Shown here one piece after another: positions 1 to 9,351 of a stretch of 64,000 nt of DNA. Numbering within the stretch: position 1 is the first letter of the stretch; the number at the start of each line of letters is the position of its first letter. Under the pieces are notes generated by a model. That model searched no databases and had not been told where the DNA came from. It saw nothing but the letters and a program-made list of their open reading frames with translations. The stretch lies in assembly GCA_963662625.1 (NCBI GenBank), contig OY759726.1:288001-352000 (forward strand), written 5' to 3'. A program made the position numbers and the translations under genes. This DNA is from Nitrosopumilus sp. (GTDB lineage: Archaea; Thermoproteota; Nitrososphaeria; Nitrososphaerales; Nitrosopumilaceae).

Positions 1-361
1 CGGCAGTCCGCGCACGGTCTCGGCCCCCGTGCTCCCCTTCTTGGGCCCGCGCGCCGGGTCCGGCCCCGGCCCGCCCGCCACCTTGGCGGCGGCGTGCCCC
101 CCGGAGCGCGGCGTCCCGTTCCCGTGCCTCGCGCGCACCAGCTGCTCCCCCCCCGGTGGCGGGGTTCCTGCCGTGCCTGGGCATCGGGCGGCAGACCGGG
201 GCCACGGCGTGGGACGCCCCCACGATGATCCCGGCGCGACGGGCCCCGCGCACCGCGGGGCGCAGGGCGTCCCTGCACCTGCCCTCCATGGTGCCGGGGT
301 CCCGGCACGCCCCCCCTGTCCTGGACAGGAACCACGCCGACGGCGGCACGCGGCGGGGCCC

Positions 362-1698
362 CAGTAGATCGAAATGTACCCCTGTGGGGCGTTGGCCAGC
401 ATGTATTGACCTGGCACTGGAACGTTTTGGACAGAAAAACCAATGGATCAGGCGCCCCTGTCATCCGTCATGTACAACCAAAACGAACCGCAGGGGCACC
501 GACTCAGGGTGGCCGGCAAGGCGTTTAAAATGTTGCCCGGGCTGCTGGAGAGGGCGGGCATCGGGTTCTCGGGCCGGCACAACGCCGTGTACGGCATGGC
601 CGACTTCGTGCGCGTTCTGGTGTCCATGTGCAGGGACCGCGCGTGCGCGTCTGGCGCCACCGGGACGCTCGCCGTGCGCCACGGGCCCCGCCGCGTGCCG
701 TCGTCGGCGTGGGTGCTCTCCAGGATACGGGGGGCGTGCCCCGAACCGGACGCCATGCGGGAGCGGTGCGCCGGCGCCCTCGCATCCACCGTGCGGGATG
801 CCGGGCGGTCGAGGATCCTCAGGCGGATCCGCTGCGTCGTGGCCCTGGACTACCACCTGATACCCAGGTACGACAGGGATCCCGCGACCAGGGAGGAGCA
901 GCTGGTGCGCGCGAGGCACAGGTCCGGGACGTCGCGCTTCGAGGGGTACGCCACCGCCCAGATGGTGGACGGGCCGGGGCTGAACCTGGCGTGCAGGCCC
1001 AAGGGGGGGAGCACGGGGGCCGGAATCGTGCGCGAGCTGCTGCGTGACTGCGCTGGCGTGGGCGTCCGCCCCAGGCTGGTCCTGCTGGACCGGGGATTCT
1101 TCTCGGCAGGGGTCGTCGGGGAGCTGTCCGGGTCGGGCCACAGGTTCATCATGCCCGCGTCGCGGACTGCCGGGATAAAGAGGGCCGTGGGGGAGCACGC
1201 CCGCGGGGAGAGGGCCGCGGTGTCCCCGCACGCCCTGACGCCCCAGGACAGGAAGGCCAGCGAGCCGTTCACCCTGGTGATAGTCCCGAAGAAGGAGGGC
1301 GAGGACGGGTGGGACTCGGGGGACGCGCAGGAGAGGTACCTGGCGTACGCCACCAACGCGGACGCCGGCAGGGCGGTGCGCGCCGCCGACGTCCCTGACG
1401 AGTACCGGAAGAGGTGGGGGATAGAGACCGGGTACAGGGACGCCGAGAAGGCCAGGCCCAGGACCACCAGCCCGGACGCCTCGGTCAGGACGTTCCTGTT
1501 CTTCATGGCGCTGGTGATGTACAACCTGTGGATGATGTCGGTGGAATGGTCCGCCGGGTGGTACGGGAGCCGCGACACCGCCTCGATCCGGCTGGCGGTC
1601 ATGCTGGAGTGCATGGTGGGGATGGCTGCGGGCGGGACGGATGGCTGCCGGGCGTGGCCCAACCAGTCGTCTGGCGGCTAGTACATTTCGATCTACTG
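362..1698 (+). mobile_element. ISH3-family (IS4-like) insertion sequence, copy 1, 1337 bp
   Basis: 18-bp perfect TIRs CAGTAGATCGAAATGTAC (362-379 and 1681-1698), 5-bp TSD GGCCC on both sides, three copies in the window. Confidence 0.93.
443..1681 (+). CDS. ISH3-family DDE transposase
   Basis: Motifs VVALDYH, LLDRGFF and YRKRWGIETGYR (YREK-type signature). Confidence 0.9.
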   Translation: MDQAPLSSVMYNQNEPQGHRLRVAGKAFKMLPGLLERAGIGFSGRHNAVYGMADFVRVLVSMCRDRACASGATGTLAVRHGPRRVPSSAWVLSRIRGACPEPDAMRERCAGALASTVRDAGRSRILRRIRCVVALDYHLIPRYDRDPATREEQLVRARHRSGTSRFEGYATAQMVDGPGLNLACRPKGGSTGAGIVRELLRDCAGVGVRPRLVLLDRGFFSAGVVGELSGSGHRFIMPASRTAGIKRAVGEHARGERAAVSPHALTPQDRKASEPFTLVIVPKKEGEDGWDSGDAQERYLAYATNADAGRAVRAADVPDEYRKRWGIETGYRDAEKARPRTTSPDASVRTFLFFMALVMYNLWMMSVEWSAGWYGSRDTASIRLAVMLECMVGMAAGGTDGCRAWPNQSSGG

Positions 1699-2258
1699 GG
1701 CCCGTGGCGCACGGCGAGCGCCCCGGCGGCGCCCGACGCGCACGAGCGGTCCCCGCACGCCGGTACCGGCACGCGCACGAAGCCGGCCATGCCGCACGCG
1801 GCGTCGTGCCGGCCCGGGAACCTGATGCCCGCCTTCCCAAGCAGCCGTGGCAACGTTTTAAACGCCTTGCCCGCCACCTCAAGCCGGCGCCCCCGTGGTT
1901 CGTTTTGGTGGTACACGATGGATGGCAGGGGCGCCTGACCCGTTGGTTTTTCTGTCCAAAACGTTCACGGATCGGGCCAAGACACGCCGGCCGGCGCCCC
2001 GCGGGGGTACATTTTCAACTACTGGGGCCCGCGCGCGCTGCCTGGAAGCCGGGCGGCAGGGCGCGGGGCATCCGGTCGGCAGGCCCGCCCCGTGCGCAGA
2101 GGGGGTGTTCGTTCCCGGTTGGTCGCGGGCTAGCGGAGCCTCGATCATGTGGCAGGGCCCGCGGCGTACGCGCGTCCTGACTCCCCACGGGTCACCGCAA
2201 TGGCGGCACCGGGTTTTGCGGGTGCGGAACTGCGTACCGTGCAGGCGCGGGCCGGACC

Positions 2259-5129
2259 CTACCTCCCAAGGTAGAGCAGCCATTCCACGGGGGCCAGGCC
2301 GACCCTGACGTAGTGGACGGAGCCCGGCTCCGGGTCCACTATGGCCGGCAGCCACGGCACCTCGACGCCGCCGGGGCCGGCGTACGCGTATTCCGTGGGG
2401 GCGTACCCGCGGAGATCCGGCAGCACCGCAAAGTCTGACGGGACGATGTCCCGCATCTCGAGGGCGCCGCCGGGGCCCGTCTCCGCCACCGCGTCCCCGG
2501 AGGCGTACGTGTGGACCGCGACCCGCAGGCCCCCGGCGCCCGCCTCCCCGGCGTCGCGGGCGCCGTCCAGGTCTGCGTCCAGGTACGCCTCGAGGCGCAG
2601 GGTGACCATCCCGTCCGGCGGGACTGGGTAGAGCCCCAGGTCAAACGTGGCGCCGGACCCCCCGGGGGGGCTCGCCAGGACGGACCACCCGGGGGGGTCC
2701 GCCGCCACGTGGCCCGGCGGGAGCGGCCCGGTCTGCACCAGCGTGGAGGCCGGGCCCGGGTCGAGCCCCGCGAACCTGTACTGCCCGCCGGCGTCCGTGA
2801 CGGCGGCCATCGCCGGGGCGCCGGGCCGGAGGGCGAGCATCACGTGCCCGGCGACGCCCCCCTCGCCCGGATCCCGCACGCCGTCGCCGTCGGCGTCGCG
2901 GAACACCGTCCCCGAGACCGCGGCCGCGGCTCCCGCCGCGCCGCCCGCCACCCTGACGGCCACCGCCCCCTCGTTGCCCTCCCCGACGCCGAACCCGTCC
3001 GCCCTGACGGTGACCTCGTAGGAGCCCTTCTCGTACGGGAGGGACTTTAGCTGGAGGATCCTGCCCCCGGGCCCGCCCATCTGGAACAGGTCCCCGTCGC
3101 CCCCGGGCACGACGGCGTATGACGCCTGGCGCCTGTCGAGGGCGGGGCTCTGCACCGTGATGGTGGTGACGTCGGCCCGGCCGGGGGCGGGGACGGCGTG
3201 GCCCGGCACGACCAGCCAGCTTCCGAGGTTCTGGCCGAAGGAGTCGGCCCCCTCGAACATCCCCTCCATGTCCGTCACGCTTGACACGTCCCAGGGGGCC
3301 AGGGGCTGGTCGAAGGAGGCCGCTCCCGAGAACATCCAGCTCATGTCCGTCACGCTTGACACGTCCCAGGGGGCGAGGGGCTGGTCGAAGGAGGCCGCGC
3401 CCGAGAACATCGCCCTCATGTCCGTCACGCCAGACACGTCCCAGGGGGCGAGGGGCTGGTTGAAGGAGTCCGCGCCCGAGAACATCGCCCTCATGTCCGT
3501 CACGCCCGACACGTCCCAGGGGGCGAGGGGCTGATTGAAGGAGCTATCGGAGGGATAGTTGATGTTCTGCCCGTTGAACATACCGGACATGTCCGTCACG
3601 TTTGACACGTCCCAGGAGTCCAGGGGCTGGTCGAAGGAGACCGCGCCCGAGAACATCCAGCTCATGTCCGTCACGCCCGACACGTCCCAGGGGGCGAGGG
3701 GCTGGTCGAAGGAGGCGTTCTGGGCGAACATCCAGCTCATGTCCGTCACGTTTGACACGTCCCAGGATGAGAGGGGCTGGTTGAAGGGGGTATGGCCGAA
3801 CATGCCGGACATGTCGGTGACGCTCGAGACGTCCCAGGAGGCGAGGGGCTGGTCGAAGGAGAAGCCGAACATGTAGGACATGTCGGTGACCGACGACACG
3901 TCCCAGGAGTCCAGGGGCTGGTCGAAGGAGCCGGTCATGGCGAACATCCAGCTCATGTCCGTCACGCCCGACACGTCCCAGGAGTCCAGGGGCTGGTCGA
4001 ATGCATGGACAAATCTGAACATGTGGGACATGTCGGTGACGCTGGACACGTCCCAGGGGGCGAGGGGCTGGTTGAATGAATGCGCTTCTATGAACATCCC
4101 GGACATGTCGGTGACGCTGGACACGTCCCAGGAGTCCAGGGGCTGGTTGAACGACCACGCTTCTCTGAACATCCCGGACATGTCGGTGACGCTGGACACG
4201 TCCCAGGGGGCGAGGGGCTGGTTGAACGACCATGCACCTCTGAACATCCCGGACATGTCGGTGACGTTGGACACGTCCCAGGAGTCCAGGGGCTGGTTGA
4301 AGCGGGTGCCTTCGAACATGCCCGACATGTCCGTCACGGACGACACGTCCCAGGAGGCGAGGGGCCGGTTGAAGGAATTCGCACCATAGAACATCCCGGA
4401 CATGTCGGTGACGCCGGAGACGTCCCAGGAGTCCAGGGGCTGGTTGAACGACCACGCTTCTCTGAACATGCCGGACATGTCGGTGACGCCGGAGACGTCC
4501 CAGCCGCCTATGGGGCCGCTGAAGGAGGAAGACGCGAACATGCCGCTCATGTCCGTCACGCCGGAGAGATCCGGCGCGTCGCTTGCGTTGTATGACAGGT
4601 TTAACGCGCCCTTGAATGCGGACTCCATGGACTCCCACTTGGTGCCTCCCCACTGCTCGATGGATGCCAGCTTGAGGGCGTTGGCCGTGGCTGGCGTGCC
4701 GTCGTCCCTCACCGAGCCCAACCTGAGATCGAACGCCGGGTTGCCGTCCAGGCGGATCATGGTAAAGTCGCCCGTTATCTGCACGGTGTAATGCCCGGGG
4801 GCGGCGTACGTGTGGGAGGCGTCGCCGGCATGCGCGGTCCGGCACCCGTCGCCCCAGTCCACCGAATAGGCGCCCGCGGCGCCCCCGACCGGGATGGTGA
4901 TCGACTCGTGCGCGGAGGCGATCCTCCACTGGGTGACAAAGGCCCCGCCTTCGGCGGCCGGGGACGGCTCCGCCGCCGCGCAGGCTCCAGAGTCGTCGAA
5001 AAAGCCGTCGGGCGGGGGCGGTGGAATGGGCATGGCGGGCAGCGCCATCGCCGCGTCAAGGCCGAGTGCCACCGTGATGGCCGCAAGCCCTAGCGCGGCC
5101 GCCACCACGGGCCGGGTTTTGTTCTGCAA
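2259..5129 (-). CDS. BspA/DUF285 repeat surface protein with signal peptide, PKD-like domain and C-terminal SdrD-B-like domains
   Basis: Hydrophobic N-terminus, YSVDWGDG...HTY PKD-like motif, about 18 FNQPLxxWDVSxVTDMSxMF repeats, and SGTVFRDADGDGVRDPGE. Confidence 0.9.
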   Translation of the reverse strand: MQNKTRPVVAAALGLAAITVALGLDAAMALPAMPIPPPPPDGFFDDSGACAAAEPSPAAEGGAFVTQWRIASAHESITIPVGGAAGAYSVDWGDGCRTAHAGDASHTYAAPGHYTVQITGDFTMIRLDGNPAFDLRLGSVRDDGTPATANALKLASIEQWGGTKWESMESAFKGALNLSYNASDAPDLSGVTDMSGMFASSSFSGPIGGWDVSGVTDMSGMFREAWSFNQPLDSWDVSGVTDMSGMFYGANSFNRPLASWDVSSVTDMSGMFEGTRFNQPLDSWDVSNVTDMSGMFRGAWSFNQPLAPWDVSSVTDMSGMFREAWSFNQPLDSWDVSSVTDMSGMFIEAHSFNQPLAPWDVSSVTDMSHMFRFVHAFDQPLDSWDVSGVTDMSWMFAMTGSFDQPLDSWDVSSVTDMSYMFGFSFDQPLASWDVSSVTDMSGMFGHTPFNQPLSSWDVSNVTDMSWMFAQNASFDQPLAPWDVSGVTDMSWMFSGAVSFDQPLDSWDVSNVTDMSGMFNGQNINYPSDSSFNQPLAPWDVSGVTDMRAMFSGADSFNQPLAPWDVSGVTDMRAMFSGAASFDQPLAPWDVSSVTDMSWMFSGAASFDQPLAPWDVSSVTDMEGMFEGADSFGQNLGSWLVVPGHAVPAPGRADVTTITVQSPALDRRQASYAVVPGGDGDLFQMGGPGGRILQLKSLPYEKGSYEVTVRADGFGVGEGNEGAVAVRVAGGAAGAAAAVSGTVFRDADGDGVRDPGEGGVAGHVMLALRPGAPAMAAVTDAGGQYRFAGLDPGPASTLVQTGPLPPGHVAADPPGWSVLASPPGGSGATFDLGLYPVPPDGMVTLRLEAYLDADLDGARDAGEAGAGGLRVAVHTYASGDAVAETGPGGALEMRDIVPSDFAVLPDLRGYAPTEYAYAGPGGVEVPWLPAIVDPEPGSVHYVRVGLAPVEWLLYLGR
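3230..4570 (-). repeat. Array of about 18 DUF285 repeats (about 69-96 bp, mostly 75 bp)
   Basis: Recurring gacacgtcccagg...aggggctgg units. Confidence 0.9.
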
Positions 5130-5159
5130 GGCTGGTACTGGTCACGCTGCATCGTATTT

Positions 5160-5506
5160 ATGTGGGGCGAACCGCCCCGGCACCGGTTCGCGTACTTGGA
5201 GAACTTGGGGGCGGGGCCCACTAACCACTCCCCCGGGCGCGGCCTGCGTCACGTGGAGGTGTCCCGCAATACGAGCGGCCAGACACTCCGGGCCGACTCC
5301 CGCGTGCGGGACGCTGTCAGGCAATACTGGGACGCGCAGGTCTTGCAAACCGTCCCGGGACAGAGACGCACGCCGCGCTCGTGGCGGCGTCGGGGAAAGT
5401 CGGGCATGGTAGAAAAACACGGGACCAAATAAGTAAAGAAAACGGTGTGGGCGAAGGGCTTCAGGGCGTTTTGCTCGGCGAACCTGTCCCATGCTTAAAT
5501 AGGAAC
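5160..5506 (+). pseudogene. IS66-family transposase C-terminal remnant with probable right end
   Basis: FAYLENLGAGPTNHSPGRGLRHVEVSRNTSGQ resembles the IS66 motif FTFLE.PGVEPTNNAAER.LR..V..RK.SG. Ends in cttaaataggaac. Confidence 0.6.
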
Positions 5507-5898
5507 TTGGCATGGACAGCCTTCCCAGAAGCGCCCCACGGATACGCCGGGGGCGGGGGGCCGGCGGCATCATGCAGCCAAGCACGCGCAACGCCGCCAC
5601 GTCCTTGATGTCCTGCAGGGTCGCCGGCAACTCCCCCGCGCGGGCGCCCCGCCCCGTGCCCCAGCACGGCGTTTGCCGTGACCCCCGCGCGGGATACTCC
5701 CATGGCCGCGGTGCGGACCGCGCCGGGAGACCGATCGCCGGCGCGCGCTTTGGCGGCGGGGGCAAGGCGGGGCACGGATGGCGAGAAGGCCGGGCGGGCA
5801 CGGGCGAGGTGCACGCATGGCGCCGCAGACTCCCATCCCGGTGACCGGCACGGCCGGCGCCCGCCAGGCCTCCCCCGCGCCGCGGCTTTGCGGCGGGC

Positions 5899-6507
5899 CT
5901 ACTTTAGCTGTTCCAGGAGGGACAGGCTCACCAGGTTGGTCATGGTGAGGCCCTTCCTGTTGACGTCGCGCCTTGTCTGCTCGCAGTATTTCTTGATGCT
6001 CTGGTGGCTTTTCTCGCTTGCCACCTCGATGACCACTATGTTTTCCGAGTAGGGGAAGGTGAATTTCGGCGGGGTGGAGCATACCGTGTCCATGCTCCCG
6101 AGGCCCGCGATCTCGATCTGTTCCCTCTTGAGGAGGAGGTTCGCTATCTCCTGAAGGTCCGACGGCTTGCCGTATTCCAGGTAGTACACTGAGATGAAGC
6201 CCGTCTCGCCGAAAAAGTCCCGCGAGAACAGGTCGTTCTTGATGTTGAAGACGAAGCTGGTCTTGTTCTGCTTGTGCTTTGACAGGTCCCTTGCGATCGA
6301 GTGGTTGTTGCGGAATTTTGCCAGCAGGTAGTGGTTTGCAGAGTCCGCAAAGTACGGCTTGCTTTCGCTTGAGAAGGTGCCGGTCACGAAATATAGCCTC
6401 TCGACGTTCTTGGAGAGCATCCAGGCCTCCTTCAGCTCCACGGAGCCGTGGTTGTGCAGGTACGGCGCGCACGCGTATCCCGGGTATGCGAGTTCTAGGG
6501 CCGCCAT
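5899..6507 (-). CDS. Hypothetical protein (202 aa)
   Basis: Clean ORF with normal amino-acid composition from ATG 6507; TATA-like AT-rich tract just upstream. Confidence 0.75.
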   Translation of the reverse strand: MAALELAYPGYACAPYLHNHGSVELKEAWMLSKNVERLYFVTGTFSSESKPYFADSANHYLLAKFRNNHSIARDLSKHKQNKTSFVFNIKNDLFSRDFFGETGFISVYYLEYGKPSDLQEIANLLLKREQIEIAGLGSMDTVCSTPPKFTFPYSENIVVIEVASEKSHQSIKKYCEQTRRDVNRKGLTMTNLVSLSLLEQLK

Positions 6508-6819
6508 GATCAGAGATCTCAGAAATAGCGTATTTATGTATAGAGCTGGGGGATCGAGCCTGCGCGGGCAGCCCTCCCGCGCCGCGGGGGCCCCGGGCAC
6601 GGGCGGGCCGCCTGCTGGAATATTCTTGACAAAAGGGGTTGTTTTTCCTACTGCGGGGGGCCGCGTCCCCCCCCCCCGGGGGGGGCGCCGCCTGCCCGCG
6701 GCACTGCCTGGATTCCGGGCATGGCGGCCGTGGCGCCCTTCACCGTCCGGGCGCCTGTTGCGCGGCGGGATCGGGCACTGCGATAGTTTTTTAATGGCAT
6801 GATGCGTCGTGTTGTTTGT

Positions 6820-6942
6820 CCCAAGCTAGCTCAGCCTGGTAGAGCTTCCGGCTGTAGGTGTCGGCTTTAGATGGCTGACCAGTACCAGCATATCAGGCAT
6901 ACAGAAACCGGGTTGTCGAAGGTTCAATTCCTTCGCTTGGGA
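6820..6942 (+). tRNA. tRNA-Tyr(GTA) with a 49-nt intron at 37/38 (about 6858-6906)
   Basis: Acceptor stem CCCAAGC/GCTTGGG-A (C1:G72), D-arm AGCTCAGCCTGGTAGAGC, anticodon CT-GTA-G, T-loop GTTCAATTC. Confidence 0.93.
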
Positions 6943-6986
6943 CTACAAATTAAGTTTAAACCCTAAACACCCGCACGGCATACGGG

Positions 6987-8270
6987 ATGGCCGGAAAGCA
7001 GAAAACAGCCACGGGCGGCAGGATCATGGAGAGGCCAACCCGTACAAGCGCGACGGGCAGGTGGCGAGGATCTGGAGGATGATCAGGGCCGAACTCCCAG
7101 AGTTGCCCCCCCCCCACGAGAGGTACGACGGCACGCTCCTGAACCAGTCCCAGAACAAGGCGTCCAAGGTGAACAACCTCAGGGCGCTGCTGTCACTTGG
7201 CAGGATCGCCAAGTGGAGGGCATCGCCTGGACGGACGTCGCCGCGGGGCAGGTCATCTCCATAGCCAACCACGTCATGAGGGCGTGGGCGGGCACGGGCG
7301 GGAAGGAAACCTGGCACGCCGCGGACCACGAGGAGTTCCTGACGCGGTTCGCGAGGCGGGGAAAGACGGGGAAGGGCTCCGGGAGGAAGGGCGGCAAGGA
7401 GCCGGAGTGGATCCCCATATCGAGATCAGGGAGGCCGGGCAGAAGCTGGCCAGGGAGGACATGCTGGCGAGGGGGGAGGTCATGGAGATCCCGGAGGCGT
7501 GCGGGGGCAACCACAGGGACAGGGCCCTGATCTCCTTCCACATGGAGGCAGGCACGGGGGCCGGGGAGACGCCGAACGCGGGGATAGGCCACGTCGAGTT
7601 CCTCGACAACGGCGGCGCGGTCGCCGACGTGGGCGGGAAGGCCGGCGACAGGCCCATACACGTCCTGCACTGCGTCCCCACCTCGCCAACTGGGTAGCGT
7701 CGCGCGCCGACAGGGGCTGCAAGGCCAGGCCGCTTTGGACCGACATGTACGGCAAGGACCTGACGTACGCCAGCTGCGGGGCGATGGTCATGGGGAGGTT
7801 GGCCGAGGCCGTCAGGCGCGGGGAGGGCAGCACACCCTCGGGCAAGCGGGTGTGCATGACGCTGTTCCGCCACGCCGGGATCACCGACGCCCCCAAGTGG
7901 ATGAGCCCGCAGCTCGTAAAGCTGAGGCACGGGCGGGGCCCGAACAGCGGGATTATCTCCAACTACCAGCACCTCAGCCAGGCCGACGTCGGGGAGGCCG
8001 TCTTCGGCCGCTTTGGCCTCGAGACCGAGATCAAGGAGCCGGAGGCGAAGGCCAAAAAATGCCCCGTCTGCTGGCTCGCGAACCCCCCGGACAGCGCCAG
8101 GTGCGGCAAGCCGATGGGCCTGCAGACCGCCATCCAGCAGGAGGGCAGGGAGAGGGAGGAAAAGGCCGGGCTCGAGGAGAGGCCCCGCGTGATGGAAAGC
8201 CAGACGGGGCTGCCGGAGGGCGTGATCAGGGACCTTCAGGGCCATAAAGGCGGGGAACAAAAGCCGGGAA
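6987..8270 (+). pseudogene. Frameshifted tyrosine recombinase/integrase with C-terminal zinc ribbon
   Basis: Fragments in different frames: NHRDRALISF...EAG...GE, LFRHAGIT, HG...NS...NYQHLS, KKCPVC...N...ARCGKPM. Lies immediately 3' of tRNA-Tyr. Confidence 0.78.
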
Positions 8271-8701
8271 CGGCGGCGGGCAGTGGGGATGACCGCGCCC
8301 GCCGGCGCAGGTCACGGGCAGAGGCCCCCACCTCCCCGGCCGGCGTGGACGCGATCCCATTCCCGGAACCCATCCCCCGGACCAAGGCGTCCAGCAGGAG
8401 CCTGTCGTCCACCAGCGCCGGCTCCCGCGCCAGCGTCCCACTCCTCCTGGCCCGGACCGTGGCCACCGTCCCTCCCCGGGGATGCCGCCATGCAGGAGAA
8501 CTCGTAGGCGTTCCCACTACTGCGCGCCCCCCCACGCCGCGTCCAGGGCCCCGGCGCCAGACCGGAACGGCGAAATAGGCCCCGTGGCCAGGTTGGCCGC
8601 GGGGACGGGCGGCCGCACGCGCGGGCATTGCTGAAAATAAGAAAAAGATAGACCAGATTTAAGAAAACAGAGACTGAAGTCTTAAACTAAAAATTCCTTG
8701 C

Positions 8702-8893
8702 CTATTCTGATTTTTTGACTTTTTGGGCTGCTGGGCCTTTTCGTCCTTCGCCGACCTCGAACTCCACCTTATCGCCTTCGTTGATGAACCCGTCAACGTC
8801 TGACTTGTGGACGAACAGATCGTCGCCAGATTCCCTTTCGATAAAGCCAAAGCCCTTAGTCCGGTTGAACCACTTTACGGTACCTTGTTCCAT
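8702..8893 (-). CDS. cspA: Cold-shock protein
   Basis: GTVKWFN.KGFGFI and DLFVHKS RNP motifs. Confidence 0.95.
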   Translation of the reverse strand: MEQGTVKWFNRTKGFGFIERESGDDLFVHKSDVDGFINEGDKVEFEVGEGRKGPAAQKVKKSE

Positions 8894-8988
8894 TTGGTGT
8901 AATTGGGATTTACTCCGTATATTAAGATAAGCGGATCCTTGGCGGGCGGCGCAAAACGCCCTCCCGGGCCGAAATTCCGCTGAAATCC

Positions 8989-9300
8989 CTAGAAATCCTT
9001 GGGGATGTGGTTGTTATCCTTGAGCCACTCGACCTGGGGCAGCGTAAACCGCCAGACTATGTCCCCCCGCCCGGTCTCGTTAAAGTCCCACGGGGCGATT
9101 ATCACGATGTCGTTGTCGCGGATCCATACCCGGCGCTTCAGCTTTCCGCGGATCCGTCCCCTCCGGGTGATGCCGTCGTTGCATTTTATCATGACGTTCT
9201 CCCCACCCAGCATCTTCAGCACCCTGCCGAACAGTTCGCCCTCCTCGGGAAGGCGGATCTCCTTTAGCGCGCTCTCGCTTTTTACCTGGCGCTTGCCCAT
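8989..9300 (-). CDS. eif1a: Translation initiation factor aIF-1A
   Basis: [26 protein letters not shown]. Confidence 0.95.
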   Translation of the reverse strand: MGKRQVKSESALKEIRLPEEGELFGRVLKMLGGENVMIKCNDGITRRGRIRGKLKRRVWIRDNDIVIIAPWDFNETGRGDIVWRFTLPQVEWLKDNNHIPKDF

Positions 9301-9351
9301 GGCGTATGTTGGATTCGTGGGCATATAACTGTGGGGTTTGCGGCCCGGGCC

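Larger units (their letters stand above)
1..2024 (-). mobile_element. Degenerate older ISH3-type IS (5' half visible), interrupted by the intact copy at 362-1698
   Basis: 1-361 and 1699-2024 align collinearly with the reverse complement of the intact IS. Degenerate terminal repeat gtacattttcaactactg ends at 2024, and the transposase ATG has become ACG. Confidence 0.88.

Noticed and set aside
461-1882. Long antisense and alternate-frame ORFs (for example 461-1882, 3544-4929, 27133-28650, 44506-45993, 51591-53069)
   Set aside because: Shadow ORFs typical of high GC; Arg/Pro/Gly/Ser-rich and overlapping well-supported genes.
3230-4570. Diversity-generating retroelement target
   Set aside because: No reverse transcriptase or template repeat; variation includes indels and is not adenine-specific.
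6667-6685. Poly-C/poly-G palindrome upstream of tRNA-Tyr
   Set aside because: Low-complexity homopolymers with no supporting context.
6858-6906. Nested intron or C/D guide inside the tRNA-Tyr intron
   Set aside because: Could not build a second bulge-helix-bulge or a convincing C box.
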